A stretch of 64,000 nt of DNA, taken from assembly GCA_021818465.1 (NCBI GenBank), contig JAKAEA010000001.1, positions 454,045-518,044 of the forward strand, given 5' to 3'. The translations under genes were made by a program, and so were the position numbers. The stretch is from a bacterium. Its GTDB lineage: Bacteria > Patescibacteriota > Minisyncoccia > Phycocordibacterales > JAKAEA01. Positions 55,285-64,000 of this stretch are shown one piece after another (within the stretch, counting starts at the first letter, position 1; each line of letters opens with the position of its first letter). The notes beneath the pieces are model-generated. The model saw only the letters and a list, made by a program, of their open reading frames with translations, did no database searches and was not told where the DNA came from.

Positions 55285-56991
55285 CTACTGCGCTGTTGTA
55301 GAAGCCACAGCAAAATATTCTGGTGTATGTTGATCCATCCAATCAAAAAGTTCCCGAGCCGCATCAAAAGAACCGAGTACATATTTTCTTGGTCGCCGTT
55401 CTAACATCATCACAAAAGCATATTGAGGATTTTGATATGGCCAAAACCCGCCAGTCCAAGAATTAGACATATCATTATGTACACCGAGTTGTGCTGTGCC
55501 AGTTTTAGTAGCGAATTGCACATATCCAACATTAAGCGCATTACCAGTACCAATGGTCGCCGAAAGACGCATACCGTAGTGGATCGCATTATAGTAACTC
55601 TGGGGAAAATTAAGATGCACCGCCGTACTCAATGCGTTTGTATCATGAGCGAGAATAGTCGGCGTTAAAAGTGTGCCGTCGTTAGCAATAGCGGTAATAG
55701 CACGGAGCACTTGCACGGGTGTTACTTGCCAACCAAATTGACCAATAACACTATGGTAGGTATCGCCAATTGACCAAGGATCATTTTTAAAAGCCGTTGC
55801 CTTCCATGCTGGCGATGGCACAATACCAGACGGCCCCTTAAAAAAACCTGGCACAGATGAACCGTAACCAAATAAATGAGCATATTTATCTATATTAGCA
55901 ATACCCATTCCCTTCTGATTTTGATAACCACCACCTACTATATAGAAATATGCGTCTGACGAATAACCAATAGCGTGCGCCAAATCAAGTGCGCCATTAT
56001 TTCGCCAATCATTGAATCTATAAATAATTGATGGATTATAGGGATCAGGAACGGTAATATAGCCATGCGTATCTATAATGGTACTGGCAGCGATAGTGCC
56101 AGTATCAAGAGCACCCATTGCCATAACCGGCTTTACGATTGATCCGGGAGCATATAAACCATTCGTGAGTCGATCCAAAAGCGGCGTGGCTGGATCATTT
56201 AAATACGTACTGATTGCCGCAGTATTAGTGCCGTCAGCCATAATTTGCGGATTGTATGTAGGAAAACTAACGGCGGCCAATACCTCGCCAGTGTGTATAT
56301 TCATAATAATACCCGCGCCACCCGGTGATTGAATTTTGGCGGCAATATCTCCCAAAGCTTTATACATTTCCGCTTGAACACGACTATCGATAGAAAGTGT
56401 AATATTTTGTCCGGGTTGCGGCGGTTGAACTACGTTTCGCGAAACAATAGCACCACGAGCCGTTTCTTCTGCTAACTCACTACCATTTTTGCCAGTCAAC
56501 TCACTATTAAAATATTTTTCAGCCCCCGTAATACCGACATAATCTTGGCGGTAGTAAAATCCACTCGTATCTTGCGTTGGATATTTTACGTACCCAATCA
56601 AAGAACCCAGACCAGTTGAAGTTGCGTATTCACGCAAAGGCACTGCTGGATTATTGGGATTCACATTATTCCAAGCAAGCGGTACTCCGTTACGATCAAA
56701 AATGACACCGCGCGGCGCAAATAAAATAGATGAGTGTAAACTATTGTTTTGAGCGAGCTGTTTAAATTGAGCACCCTGCACCACTTGCAAATTCCACAAC
56801 TGACCCAAAAACGAAATACCGACCAATGCGGCAAACCCACCAACGATCCACGCAACTTTTTTATTAATGGGTTTTTCTAAACGCCCTTCAAATTGGTGAC
56901 GATCGAAGTGCGGCAAATTTGAAGCATCAAGAAAAATTTGATCGGGATCAATATCGTGTATCGGAGGTGGTGGCTGCTTAAAAAAACGCAT
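55285..56991 (-). CDS. mrdA: Class B penicillin-binding protein 2 (elongation)
   Basis: APRGVIFDRNG, PGSIVK, SSD, KTGTAQ; downstream of mreBCD. Confidence 0.88.
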   Translation of the reverse strand: MRFFKQPPPPIHDIDPDQIFLDASNLPHFDRHQFEGRLEKPINKKVAWIVGGFAALVGISFLGQLWNLQVVQGAQFKQLAQNNSLHSSILFAPRGVIFDRNGVPLAWNNVNPNNPAVPLREYATSTGLGSLIGYVKYPTQDTSGFYYRQDYVGITGAEKYFNSELTGKNGSELAEETARGAIVSRNVVQPPQPGQNITLSIDSRVQAEMYKALGDIAAKIQSPGGAGIIMNIHTGEVLAAVSFPTYNPQIMADGTNTAAISTYLNDPATPLLDRLTNGLYAPGSIVKPVMAMGALDTGTIAASTIIDTHGYITVPDPYNPSIIYRFNDWRNNGALDLAHAIGYSSDAYFYIVGGGYQNQKGMGIANIDKYAHLFGYGSSVPGFFKGPSGIVPSPAWKATAFKNDPWSIGDTYHSVIGQFGWQVTPVQVLRAITAIANDGTLLTPTILAHDTNALSTAVHLNFPQSYYNAIHYGMRLSATIGTGNALNVGYVQFATKTGTAQLGVHNDMSNSWTGGFWPYQNPQYAFVMMLERRPRKYVLGSFDAARELFDWMDQHTPEYFAVASTTAQ

Positions 56992-56993
56992 AG

Positions 56994-57275
56994 TTATAGA
57001 GTGCTACGAAGAAATGGTTTGAGATAGTGTATGACGAGAAACGCAACAAATGTACAGAGCGTTACAGCATATGGAAACTGCATAAACCAAATCGCCGGTC
57101 CATTATAAAGAGAATCAATGATAATGCCAAGAATGACGAGCTCTATGTATCGTCGAAAGAAAAATGCAGCACCCAAGGCAACAATACACGGCAACCACCA
57201 GGGTGCGATGAATGCTAATACGAAAACGACGCAATCTACCCACCAACGCTTATTTTTTAACAGTGGTATGAACAT
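56994..57275 (-). CDS. Small membrane protein at the MreD position
   Basis: Hydrophobic 93 aa (GIIIDSLY) between mreC and mrdA. Confidence 0.6.
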   Translation of the reverse strand: MFIPLLKNKRWWVDCVVFVLAFIAPWWLPCIVALGAAFFFRRYIELVILGIIIDSLYNGPAIWFMQFPYAVTLCTFVAFLVIHYLKPFLRSTL

Positions 57276-58122
57276 TCGTGGTATCTTTTTTTATAAGCAC
57301 AGACGAAAGATCAAAAATATCTACCGGTGCGGTAAAAAGAATGCGTTCATATGGATCAGCTGGGGCAGCCGTTGCTACTTCTATCCGACCAAGAATATCA
57401 TTGACCGGCATACCAGCAGCTGTAACAATATCGCCAATAGCCACCGGTGAATTACGCGGCAAGCGCACTTCAAGCGTGCCACCGCCCAAACCTTCGGCCG
57501 CCGCTTCCAAAGACGATGAGCCTAATAAAACATTAATCGTTTGACCGGGTGTGGAATACGCAGTAACCGTGGCGGCCGTAGCCGACACAGAACTGACGTA
57601 TCCAATAAGCGTATATGGATCGGCAAACACGAGATCGCCAGTGGCAACACCTTGATCACTACCAGCCGCGACGAGCATCGTGTCATAAGGTGAAAAATCT
57701 GGTTTTGAAAAAACGGCCGCGGTCACAAATGCACTTGGTGACGATGAACCAAATTCCCCCAACAGCGTTTGCAGTTGATACGCTTTGGTAGCGAAATAAT
57801 CTCGCTCAGCTACAACAGCAGCATAGAGCGCAGCGTCTTTTTTAAGAGTAGTATTTTGCGCCTGCAAACTTTCTTTACTTTGAAAAAAAGTACTCAATCC
57901 CTCTACACTCGTACTAAGAGCATTGCGGATTGCCGCAAAAGGTTGGGCAATGGCCTGCACAGGTGTCGCCATAATATGCGGCGCAAAACGAGCGGCTATA
58001 AGCACCAGCAACAAAAAACCCACAATACCGAAGATTCCGTAGCGCATTACAAAACTAGATCGCCGGCCAAAATAACCCGAACTCGGTCGACGAAAATTAG
58101 AGCTTGGCAGACGGAAGCGCAT
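57250..58122 (-). CDS. mreC: Rod shape-determining protein MreC
   Basis: TM, coiled coil (LQAQNTTLK), AGSDQGV, IGDIVTAAG; follows mreB. Confidence 0.85.
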   Translation of the reverse strand: MRFRLPSSNFRRPSSGYFGRRSSFVMRYGIFGIVGFLLLVLIAARFAPHIMATPVQAIAQPFAAIRNALSTSVEGLSTFFQSKESLQAQNTTLKKDAALYAAVVAERDYFATKAYQLQTLLGEFGSSSPSAFVTAAVFSKPDFSPYDTMLVAAGSDQGVATGDLVFADPYTLIGYVSSVSATAATVTAYSTPGQTINVLLGSSSLEAAAEGLGGGTLEVRLPRNSPVAIGDIVTAAGMPVNDILGRIEVATAAPADPYERILFTAPVDIFDLSSVLIKKDTTNVHTTVKK

Positions 58123-59185
58123 CGTCGTTTTTAATAAGCACATCAGCAAAACGTGGCAAATCTTCCAAAACAACACCGGTGCCACGAGCAACGGCGGTCA
58201 ATGGATCATCGGCAACAATTACAGGAATTTTAAGGTGCTCATGAAGCAAATCAGCTAGACCTCCGAACAGTGCGCCGCCACCGGCGAGGTGCACACCGCG
58301 ATGCATAACATCAGCAATAATTTCCGGCGGTGTAGTTTCTAAAGCTTCCTTAGCCGCTTCAACGAGTGTTGCGACTGATTGACGCGTGGCTTCGCGAATA
58401 TCCGCATCAGTTACTACCACCTCGCGCGGCAAACCAGTTACCAAATCACGACCACGAATCACGGCTTCCGGCGACGGAGCCGACTCAGCGGTGTGAGCAA
58501 CTGATTCTAGTTCGGTCACCGAGCCAATAGCTACTTTAATATATTCCGCAGTCTTTTCGCCGACAAGAATTTTAAATTCATTACGAATGTAATTGATAAT
58601 GTCGTTATTGAGACGATCACCAGCAATTTTAAGATTTTTTGAAACCACAATACCACCAAGCGATATAATAGCGATATCAGTAGTACCGCCACCAATGTCT
58701 ATAATCATATTACCGACTGGTTCTAAAACCGGTAAACGAATACCGATAGCCGCGGCCATTGGTTCTTCTATTATATGCACGTCGCGAGCGCCGGCGGATA
58801 TTGTAGCATCACGAACCGCGCGCGTTTCTACGTTCGTGATACCTGCTGGCACACCAACAACCACACGCGGTCCAAAAAATTTCTTTGTATCATGTTGCGC
58901 TCGATTCAAAAGGTAACGCATCATTTCCTCAGTGACTTCAAAATCAGAAATAACACCGTCAACAATTGGCTTGACGGCAGTAATGTGTTGCGGTGTCCGA
59001 CCAAGCATATTTTTTGCTTGTGTGCCCACAGCCACTACCGTACCTGTTTTTTGATTAACAGCTACCACCGATGGTTCATTCACAACAATACCTTTTCCAC
59101 GCACATATACTAGAGTGTTAGCTGTTCCCAGATCGATACCAATATCGTTGGAAAGCATAGAGCGAATGTTACGACGAAGAGGCAT
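58097..59185 (-). CDS. mreB: Actin-like rod shape protein MreB
   Basis: IGIDLGTANT, EPSVVA, EEPMAAAIG, DIGGGTTD, LAGGGA. Confidence 0.96.
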   Translation of the reverse strand: MPLRRNIRSMLSNDIGIDLGTANTLVYVRGKGIVVNEPSVVAVNQKTGTVVAVGTQAKNMLGRTPQHITAVKPIVDGVISDFEVTEEMMRYLLNRAQHDTKKFFGPRVVVGVPAGITNVETRAVRDATISAGARDVHIIEEPMAAAIGIRLPVLEPVGNMIIDIGGGTTDIAIISLGGIVVSKNLKIAGDRLNNDIINYIRNEFKILVGEKTAEYIKVAIGSVTELESVAHTAESAPSPEAVIRGRDLVTGLPREVVVTDADIREATRQSVATLVEAAKEALETTPPEIIADVMHRGVHLAGGGALFGGLADLLHEHLKIPVIVADDPLTAVARGTGVVLEDLPRFADVLIKNDDALPSAKL

Positions 59186-59208
59186 AATGGTGTGGGTTTA
59201 GTGGCTCA

Positions 59209-59237
59209 ACTGTAAGGCAAAATACTACACTCGTCAA
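59209..59237 (-). promoter_or_regulatory. Putative sigma70 promoter of the mreBCD-mrdA operon
   Basis: TTGACG-17 bp-TACAGT on the minus strand. Confidence 0.6.
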
Positions 59238-59267
59238 CTAAAAAATTCCCTGTAGGGAATTTTTTAG
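59238..59267. terminator. Intrinsic terminator hairpin
   Basis: CTAAAAAATTCCC-TGTA-GGGAATTTTTTAG. Confidence 0.8.
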
Positions 59268-59315
59268 AAAAAGTCAATATGGTTCGTCGTACTTCCACAA
59301 TGACCTTATATTCGT

Positions 59316-59411
59316 CTATCGGCGACTGGTACGGCGGCGGGTTGTCGTCTTCTTACTTTTCTTGGAGGCGCTTTTCTTTGAATGTTTCTTTGCGCGTTTC
59401 TTAGTTGCCAT
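59316..59411 (-). CDS. 31-aa Lys/Arg-rich peptide (not in ORF track)
   Basis: MATKKRAKKHSKKSASKKSKKTTTRRRTSRR; candidate promoter upstream and terminator downstream. Confidence 0.7.
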   Translation of the reverse strand: MATKKRAKKHSKKSASKKSKKTTTRRRTSRR

Positions 59412-59510
59412 ATATTCCAACGAGATTAAAGATTAAAGACTCTCGGAGGGACGAGCTCCTGTGGCCTGTATGTATTGTAAAAAAATACACTGCCTTCTGT
59501 AAAGAAAAAA

Positions 59511-60767
59511 TTAGAATAAAGTGTGGATTTCTTTTTCGTCAATCATTTTTTTCTCGCCGCCGCTACGTGTACTGACTTCAATTTTTTTCTGAGCCAATGT
59601 TTTTGCACTCACAACGATACGAAGTGGAATACCAATGAGATCAGCGTCAGCAAATTTTTCTCCTGCTTGTACATCACGATCGTCATAGAGCACAGCAATG
59701 TCACGCTGACGCAAATTTTCATAGAGGGTATCAGTCGCTTCACGCACCATCACCGCATCCGTACCTTTTCCCGTAAGAGCCACAAGATGAGCAGCAAAGG
59801 GCGCGACTGATTTCGGCCAGACAATACCTCGCTCATCCGAAAGTGTTTCCACAATAGTACCTAGCACTCGCCCCGGTCCGATACCATAACTACCCATCAC
59901 TACCGGCTGGGCTACGCCACGTTCATCAAGATACTGCAAACCGAACACGTCCGAAAATTTTGTACCTAGGTTAAAAATATTACCAACTTCTACAGCCGTT
60001 TCTGTACGCAAATCTCGTGAACCACACTGTGGGCAGGTATGCATACACTCATCAATAATTTCATCATTCACGGCACTATGACATGTATCGCATACATATA
60101 TAGTATCCTCACCCGCAGCACATAGTGTTTGAAATTCGTGTGAATATTTTGAAAAAGTGCCACCGGAAGCGTAGGTTATATATGTTCGTTCACCCAAACC
60201 GACACGATTAAAAACACGTGTGTATGCCTGCTTGGCTCGCTCGTAAAATTTTTCGTGTTCGGCATTGTCGCGCGAAAATGAATATAAATCTTTCATGACA
60301 AACTCACGACCACGCATAATACCACTCTTAGCTCGTGTCTCATTGCGAAACTTTGTTTGAAATTGATATACCGCGCGTGGCAAGTCGCGGTAGGAGTGTA
60401 TGTATTCCACCATCAACGACGTGAGCGGCTCTTCGTGCGTAAATCCCAAACCGAGTTCTGTGCCACTTTTAAGCATTGTTTTAAACCACACATCCACCAC
60501 ATCATCTGACCAGCGACCCGACTTCTGCCACACAGCTTTGTCTTGAAGCGCCGAGAGAGCCACTTCTTGCCCGCCAATAGCATTCATTTCTTCACGAATA
60601 ATACTGATGATTTTTTCCATTACTCGTAACCCTAGTGGCAACAACGAATACACACCAGCCATCTCTTTATGAATGTAGCCGGCACGAATCAATAGTTGCG
60701 CATTACGTGCAACCTCGTCGGTCGGAGCTTCGCGGCGTGTCGTGGTAAAAAGTTCAGATTGGCGCAT
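59511..60767 (-). CDS. proS: Proline--tRNA ligase, short form without the INS editing domain
   Basis: LLIRAGYI, THEE, QTKFRNE, REFVMKDLYSF, MGSYGIG, ADLIGIP; 418 aa. Confidence 0.96.
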   Translation of the reverse strand: MRQSELFTTTRREAPTDEVARNAQLLIRAGYIHKEMAGVYSLLPLGLRVMEKIISIIREEMNAIGGQEVALSALQDKAVWQKSGRWSDDVVDVWFKTMLKSGTELGLGFTHEEPLTSLMVEYIHSYRDLPRAVYQFQTKFRNETRAKSGIMRGREFVMKDLYSFSRDNAEHEKFYERAKQAYTRVFNRVGLGERTYITYASGGTFSKYSHEFQTLCAAGEDTIYVCDTCHSAVNDEIIDECMHTCPQCGSRDLRTETAVEVGNIFNLGTKFSDVFGLQYLDERGVAQPVVMGSYGIGPGRVLGTIVETLSDERGIVWPKSVAPFAAHLVALTGKGTDAVMVREATDTLYENLRQRDIAVLYDDRDVQAGEKFADADLIGIPLRIVVSAKTLAQKKIEVSTRSGGEKKMIDEKEIHTLF

Positions 60768-60801
60768 AGATTATAGTGTAGCAAACGTGAATATTTTTTT
60801 A

Positions 60802-61908
60802 TTACACCAGCTTCAGAATATCGTGGTACGTTACAAATAACATAAGTAAAATAAGTATCGCAAAACCAACCGTGTTCACCGTGTTTGCTACCGCTGGACG
60901 AATTGGTGAACCTTTTATTTTTTCAATAATAACAAACAGGATGCGACCGCCATCAAGAGCAGGAAATGGAATAAGATTAATGAGTGCTAAATTAATAGAA
61001 ATAAGAGCTGTAAAAGAGATAACATACACCGCACCGAGAGCGGTAGCTTGGCCGACGAGACCAGCAATACCTACTGGCCCAGCAACGTCAGAAAGATTGG
61101 CATGGCCCACAAAAATTTGACCGAAAAATTGACTTAACCCTACAGCAGTTTCCGTGATAAGCGACCACGTGAGCGTTGCTCCATGCCCTAATGCCGCGAA
61201 GAAACCGAGCCGCAACAAACCAATACGCTCCAATGACACTCCGATAGCGGCACGATTAATACTTTTATCAAACACTGGTTGCAGTGTGACATTGCCCAGT
61301 GTTTGTCCGCGACGATACGACACCGTGATAGATTCGCCAGGATGATCGGCGGTAAATTTTTGAATGTCGCTAATAGTTATACCACTTTGTGTTGCGCCGG
61401 CTGAAATTCCAACAATCTGATCCCCTGTCTGCAAACCAGCTTTCGCTGCCGGCGATCCAGCATCAACTGAAACAATAGTTGTTTGAATATTTGAAAGATG
61501 AGCAGACGGATCATAGTCGGTCGGCACCGGTAAACCAACCATAAAACCAGTCGCCACCAACAACCACGCAAACAATAAATTAAAAACAATTCCCGCTGCG
61601 AGAACAGCGATTTGAATGTACGCTGGTTTGACAACAAAGCTCCGTGCCTGGTCGGGCGTTCCTACCGCACCTTCCTCTCCACTTTCGCCAAAAATTTTAA
61701 CGAAACCGCCAAAGGGCAACGCATTCAACGAGTATGTGGTTTCGCCACCCGGCAAACGCCAGTGCGCCAATCGTGGTGGAAAGCCTAAACCAAATTCATC
61801 CACGCGAATACCAGACCATTTTGCCACTAAAAAATGACCGAGCTCGTGCACCAACACCAAAGCCGCTAAAATAATAATGAAAACAATAATGGTTACAAAA
61901 ATACTCAT
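60802..61908 (-). CDS. rseP: Site-2 intramembrane metalloprotease RseP with PDZ domain
   Basis: HELGH, PFGGFV, SPAAKAGL, NLIPFPALDGG. Confidence 0.93.
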   Translation of the reverse strand: MSIFVTIIVFIIILAALVLVHELGHFLVAKWSGIRVDEFGLGFPPRLAHWRLPGGETTYSLNALPFGGFVKIFGESGEEGAVGTPDQARSFVVKPAYIQIAVLAAGIVFNLLFAWLLVATGFMVGLPVPTDYDPSAHLSNIQTTIVSVDAGSPAAKAGLQTGDQIVGISAGATQSGITISDIQKFTADHPGESITVSYRRGQTLGNVTLQPVFDKSINRAAIGVSLERIGLLRLGFFAALGHGATLTWSLITETAVGLSQFFGQIFVGHANLSDVAGPVGIAGLVGQATALGAVYVISFTALISINLALINLIPFPALDGGRILFVIIEKIKGSPIRPAVANTVNTVGFAILILLMLFVTYHDILKLV

Positions 61909-61929
61909 ACGTTCGCAGAAAAAATTTAT

Positions 61930-62481
61930 TTATGTTTGTATGTCTCGTTCTTTCTTTTCAAATTGCGCCTCTATCATTTTACCAGCCTCTTGAATAATTT
62001 TTTCCATTTCATTCTTAAATCGGAATTTATCATCTTCCCCCATTCCTCCTGCTTTTTCGCGATTTTGAATATCTGTCCATGTTTCATCACGTACTTTGCG
62101 TAACGACACACGAGCTTGCTCAAGTCGTTCTTTGGCAATTTTTATAACTTGCTGACGGCGCTCGCTCGTTAATTCAGGAAACGTCACACGCACACCGCGC
62201 TCATCAACCGCCACCCCCACACCCAAGTTAGCCGCGCCAATCGCTTTTTCCACCGCTTTAATTTGTCCACTATCCCACACCGTAACACGTAGCATTCGAG
62301 GGCCCTCTACAGCAATACTTGCCAGTTGCTGTAAGGGTGTTTTTGCTCCATACACATCAGCACTGACACCATCAAGCAACGCCGGAGTCGCACGGCCAGT
62401 ACGCACTTGCGCTAACTCTTTTGTAAGCCACTCTTCAACATCACGCACTTTCTTTTTAAGTCCATTGAAATCGTAGTTCAT
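61930..62481 (-). CDS. frr: Ribosome recycling factor
   Basis: VRTGRATPALLD, PELTSERR. Confidence 0.96.
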   Translation of the reverse strand: MNYDFNGLKKKVRDVEEWLTKELAQVRTGRATPALLDGVSADVYGAKTPLQQLASIAVEGPRMLRVTVWDSGQIKAVEKAIGAANLGVGVAVDERGVRVTFPELTSERRQQVIKIAKERLEQARVSLRKVRDETWTDIQNREKAGGMGEDDKFRFKNEMEKIIQEAGKMIEAQFEKKERDIQT

Positions 62482-62491
62482 AGTACGTTCA

Positions 62492-63196
62492 TTATAACAG
62501 AGGCGGGATAGAGAGCGCCAGGTGTTCTAAAATAAGTTTTAACGAAGCAGCGCGATCCATAAGATACCCGCGGGCATGCAGTAATTCTTGCAACGCTACA
62601 TACTTTTGAGAACCAGGTGTTTGGTGAGCATACCGAATAAGACTATCAATAAAAACGAGAGCCTCCTTTTTATCTTTTTTTTCCAAAAGCGGCTCGATAT
62701 GTTTTAAACGTTCAGCTGGCGTTGCTGCCCAAAAAACTTCCGCAGAAACAGAAGCACGCTCTTCAATACCACTAGTCATCTGCACGACGTGCAATCGCGA
62801 AAGCACGGTTGGCAACAAGAGCCAGCGTGACGGTAGTATGAGAAAAAAAAGAGTAGACGCTGTAGGTTCTTCGAGAGTTTTGAGTAAAGCATTTTGGGCT
62901 TCAACAGTAATTGCTGTTGTTTCAATAAGAAAAATTTTATACGGTGAGGCACTCAATGCTTTTGTTGCTTGTGCTTCACCCACACGGCGCGCGTCATCAA
63001 TGGTCAACACCTCGGTATGTATGTGCAAAAAATCAGGATTGTTGTGCACGTCAACACCAAGCTTGTGTGCAATGCGATTTTTGAGCTCGGTACCAACTGA
63101 AATTTTTCCTTCAATAAGATACGCGTGATGCAACCGAGAGCCGGAAAAAATGGTATCTAATTCTTGCAGATATTGGTTCTGATTTTGTATCACCAC
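62492..63196 (-). CDS. holB: DNA polymerase III delta-prime-like subunit
   Basis: HHAYL, NPDF, EAQNALLKTLEEP, LPTVLSR. Confidence 0.85.
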   Translation of the reverse strand: MVIQNQNQYLQELDTIFSGSRLHHAYLIEGKISVGTELKNRIAHKLGVDVHNNPDFLHIHTEVLTIDDARRVGEAQATKALSASPYKIFLIETTAITVEAQNALLKTLEEPTASTLFFLILPSRWLLLPTVLSRLHVVQMTSGIEERASVSAEVFWAATPAERLKHIEPLLEKKDKKEALVFIDSLIRYAHQTPGSQKYVALQELLHARGYLMDRAASLKLILEHLALSIPPLL

Positions 63197-63237
63197 ACTA
63201 TAATATACAAAAGTACACCCTCAGACAAAGACCGTCT

Positions 63238-63999
63238 CTATCGTTTGGCAATAATACTCTTTTTATAGACGTCTAGATGTTCAAGCGCTAAACCAGTACC
63301 CTTTGCTACACAAAAAAGCGCTTCATCGGCAAGCACTGCCTTGACGCCAGTGCGTCGAAAAACCAGCTCCGGTAAATGTCGTAATTGCGATGAACCGCCG
63401 GTCATAATAATGCCATTGTCTATAATATCTGATGCCAATTCTGGTGGTGTTTCTTGCAAAACTGTTTTAATAGCCCCTATCATTTCTACTAATTCTTTAT
63501 CTATTGCTTTTACTATCTCATTTGTTTTGATCTCAACAGAACGTGGCAAACCTGTAACAAAATCGCGACCTTTAACCGTCATTGTTAATTCTTCTTCTAT
63601 AGGAATAGCTGAACCGATATGCACTTTCACGTCTTCAGCAGTTTTATCACCAATAGCGAGATTAAAATTTTTCTTAAGATAATCAACGATAGCCGTATCT
63701 ATTTTTGTACCAGCCACTTTAACTGACGTACACGCAACAATACCGCCCAGAGAGATAACGGCCACATCGGTGGTACCACCACCAATATCTACAATCATTT
63801 GGCCCATTGGCTCCTGAATGGGAATACCGGCACCAATAGCTGCAAGAATAGGTTCCTTAACAACGTACGCATTTTTTGCTCCAGCTTTAATTGCCGCTTC
63901 CACGACCGCTCGTCGCTCGGTAGAGGTAATACCCGCAGGTACACTCACTAAAACATCTGGCCGCACAAATCCCCAACGTCCTAAGGTTTTACCAATAAA
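63238..63999 (-). CDS. mreB: Second MreB/Mbl paralog (5' end outside window)
   Basis: VPAGITSTERRAV, EPILAAIGAG, DIGGGTTD, MTGGSS; frame open to the window edge. Confidence 0.9.
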   Translation of the reverse strand, partial: FIGKTLGRWGFVRPDVLVSVPAGITSTERRAVVEAAIKAGAKNAYVVKEPILAAIGAGIPIQEPMGQMIVDIGGGTTDVAVISLGGIVACTSVKVAGTKIDTAIVDYLKKNFNLAIGDKTAEDVKVHIGSAIPIEEELTMTVKGRDFVTGLPRSVEIKTNEIVKAIDKELVEMIGAIKTVLQETPPELASDIIDNGIIMTGGSSQLRHLPELVFRRTGVKAVLADEALFCVAKGTGLALEHLDVYKKSIIAKR

Positions 64000-64000
64000 G

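Noticed and set aside
113-63682. Numerous antisense and alternate-frame ORFs overlapping recognised genes
   Set aside because: They overlap well-supported conserved genes and show no motifs of their own
1-64000. CRISPR arrays, transposases, integrases, prophage, inteins, alternative genetic code
   Set aside because: No regularly spaced repeats or mobile-element motifs seen; DnaB has normal length; conserved genes are intact under code 11 with Trp as TGG and TGA acting as stop

Overview
Gene-dense chromosomal segment (standard genetic code) that reads like a Patescibacteria/CPR genome, most likely Parcubacteria. This is inferred from the short intergenic spaces, many apparently leaderless genes, class I LysRS, archaeal-type AspRS, short ProRS, a type IV pilus locus, two mreB paralogs and no amino-acid or cofactor biosynthesis genes in the window. 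Left to right: end of dnaJ, tRNA-Glu(CTC), lexA with a GAAC-N4-GTTC operator, a type IV pilus cluster, yqeY/rmuC, rplU, recR, dnaB, cysS, ctpA, rplI, rpmA, a DHH phosphoesterase, a PMM-like HAD, an ECF sigma/anti-sigma/efflux operon, a GH130/PMI/PlsC/GT9/DedA/GT2 glycan-lipid cluster, gltX, split cell-wall/division clusters, scpAB, aspS, trpS, lysS, greA, mreBCD-mrdA, proS, rseP, frr, holB and a second mreB. The strongest unexplained signal is a ~300-nt, independently promoted and terminated, multi-hairpin, probably pseudoknotted RNA between rmuC and rplU (about 9984-10286) that I cannot assign to a known class. Also missing from the ORF track: a lytic-transglycosylase gene with no canonical start codon (18164-18658), a 31-aa extremely basic peptide (59316-59411) and a 58-aa membrane peptide (806-982). 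No CRISPR array, transposase, integrase or prophage was seen. All calls were made by eye from motifs; no database searches were run.
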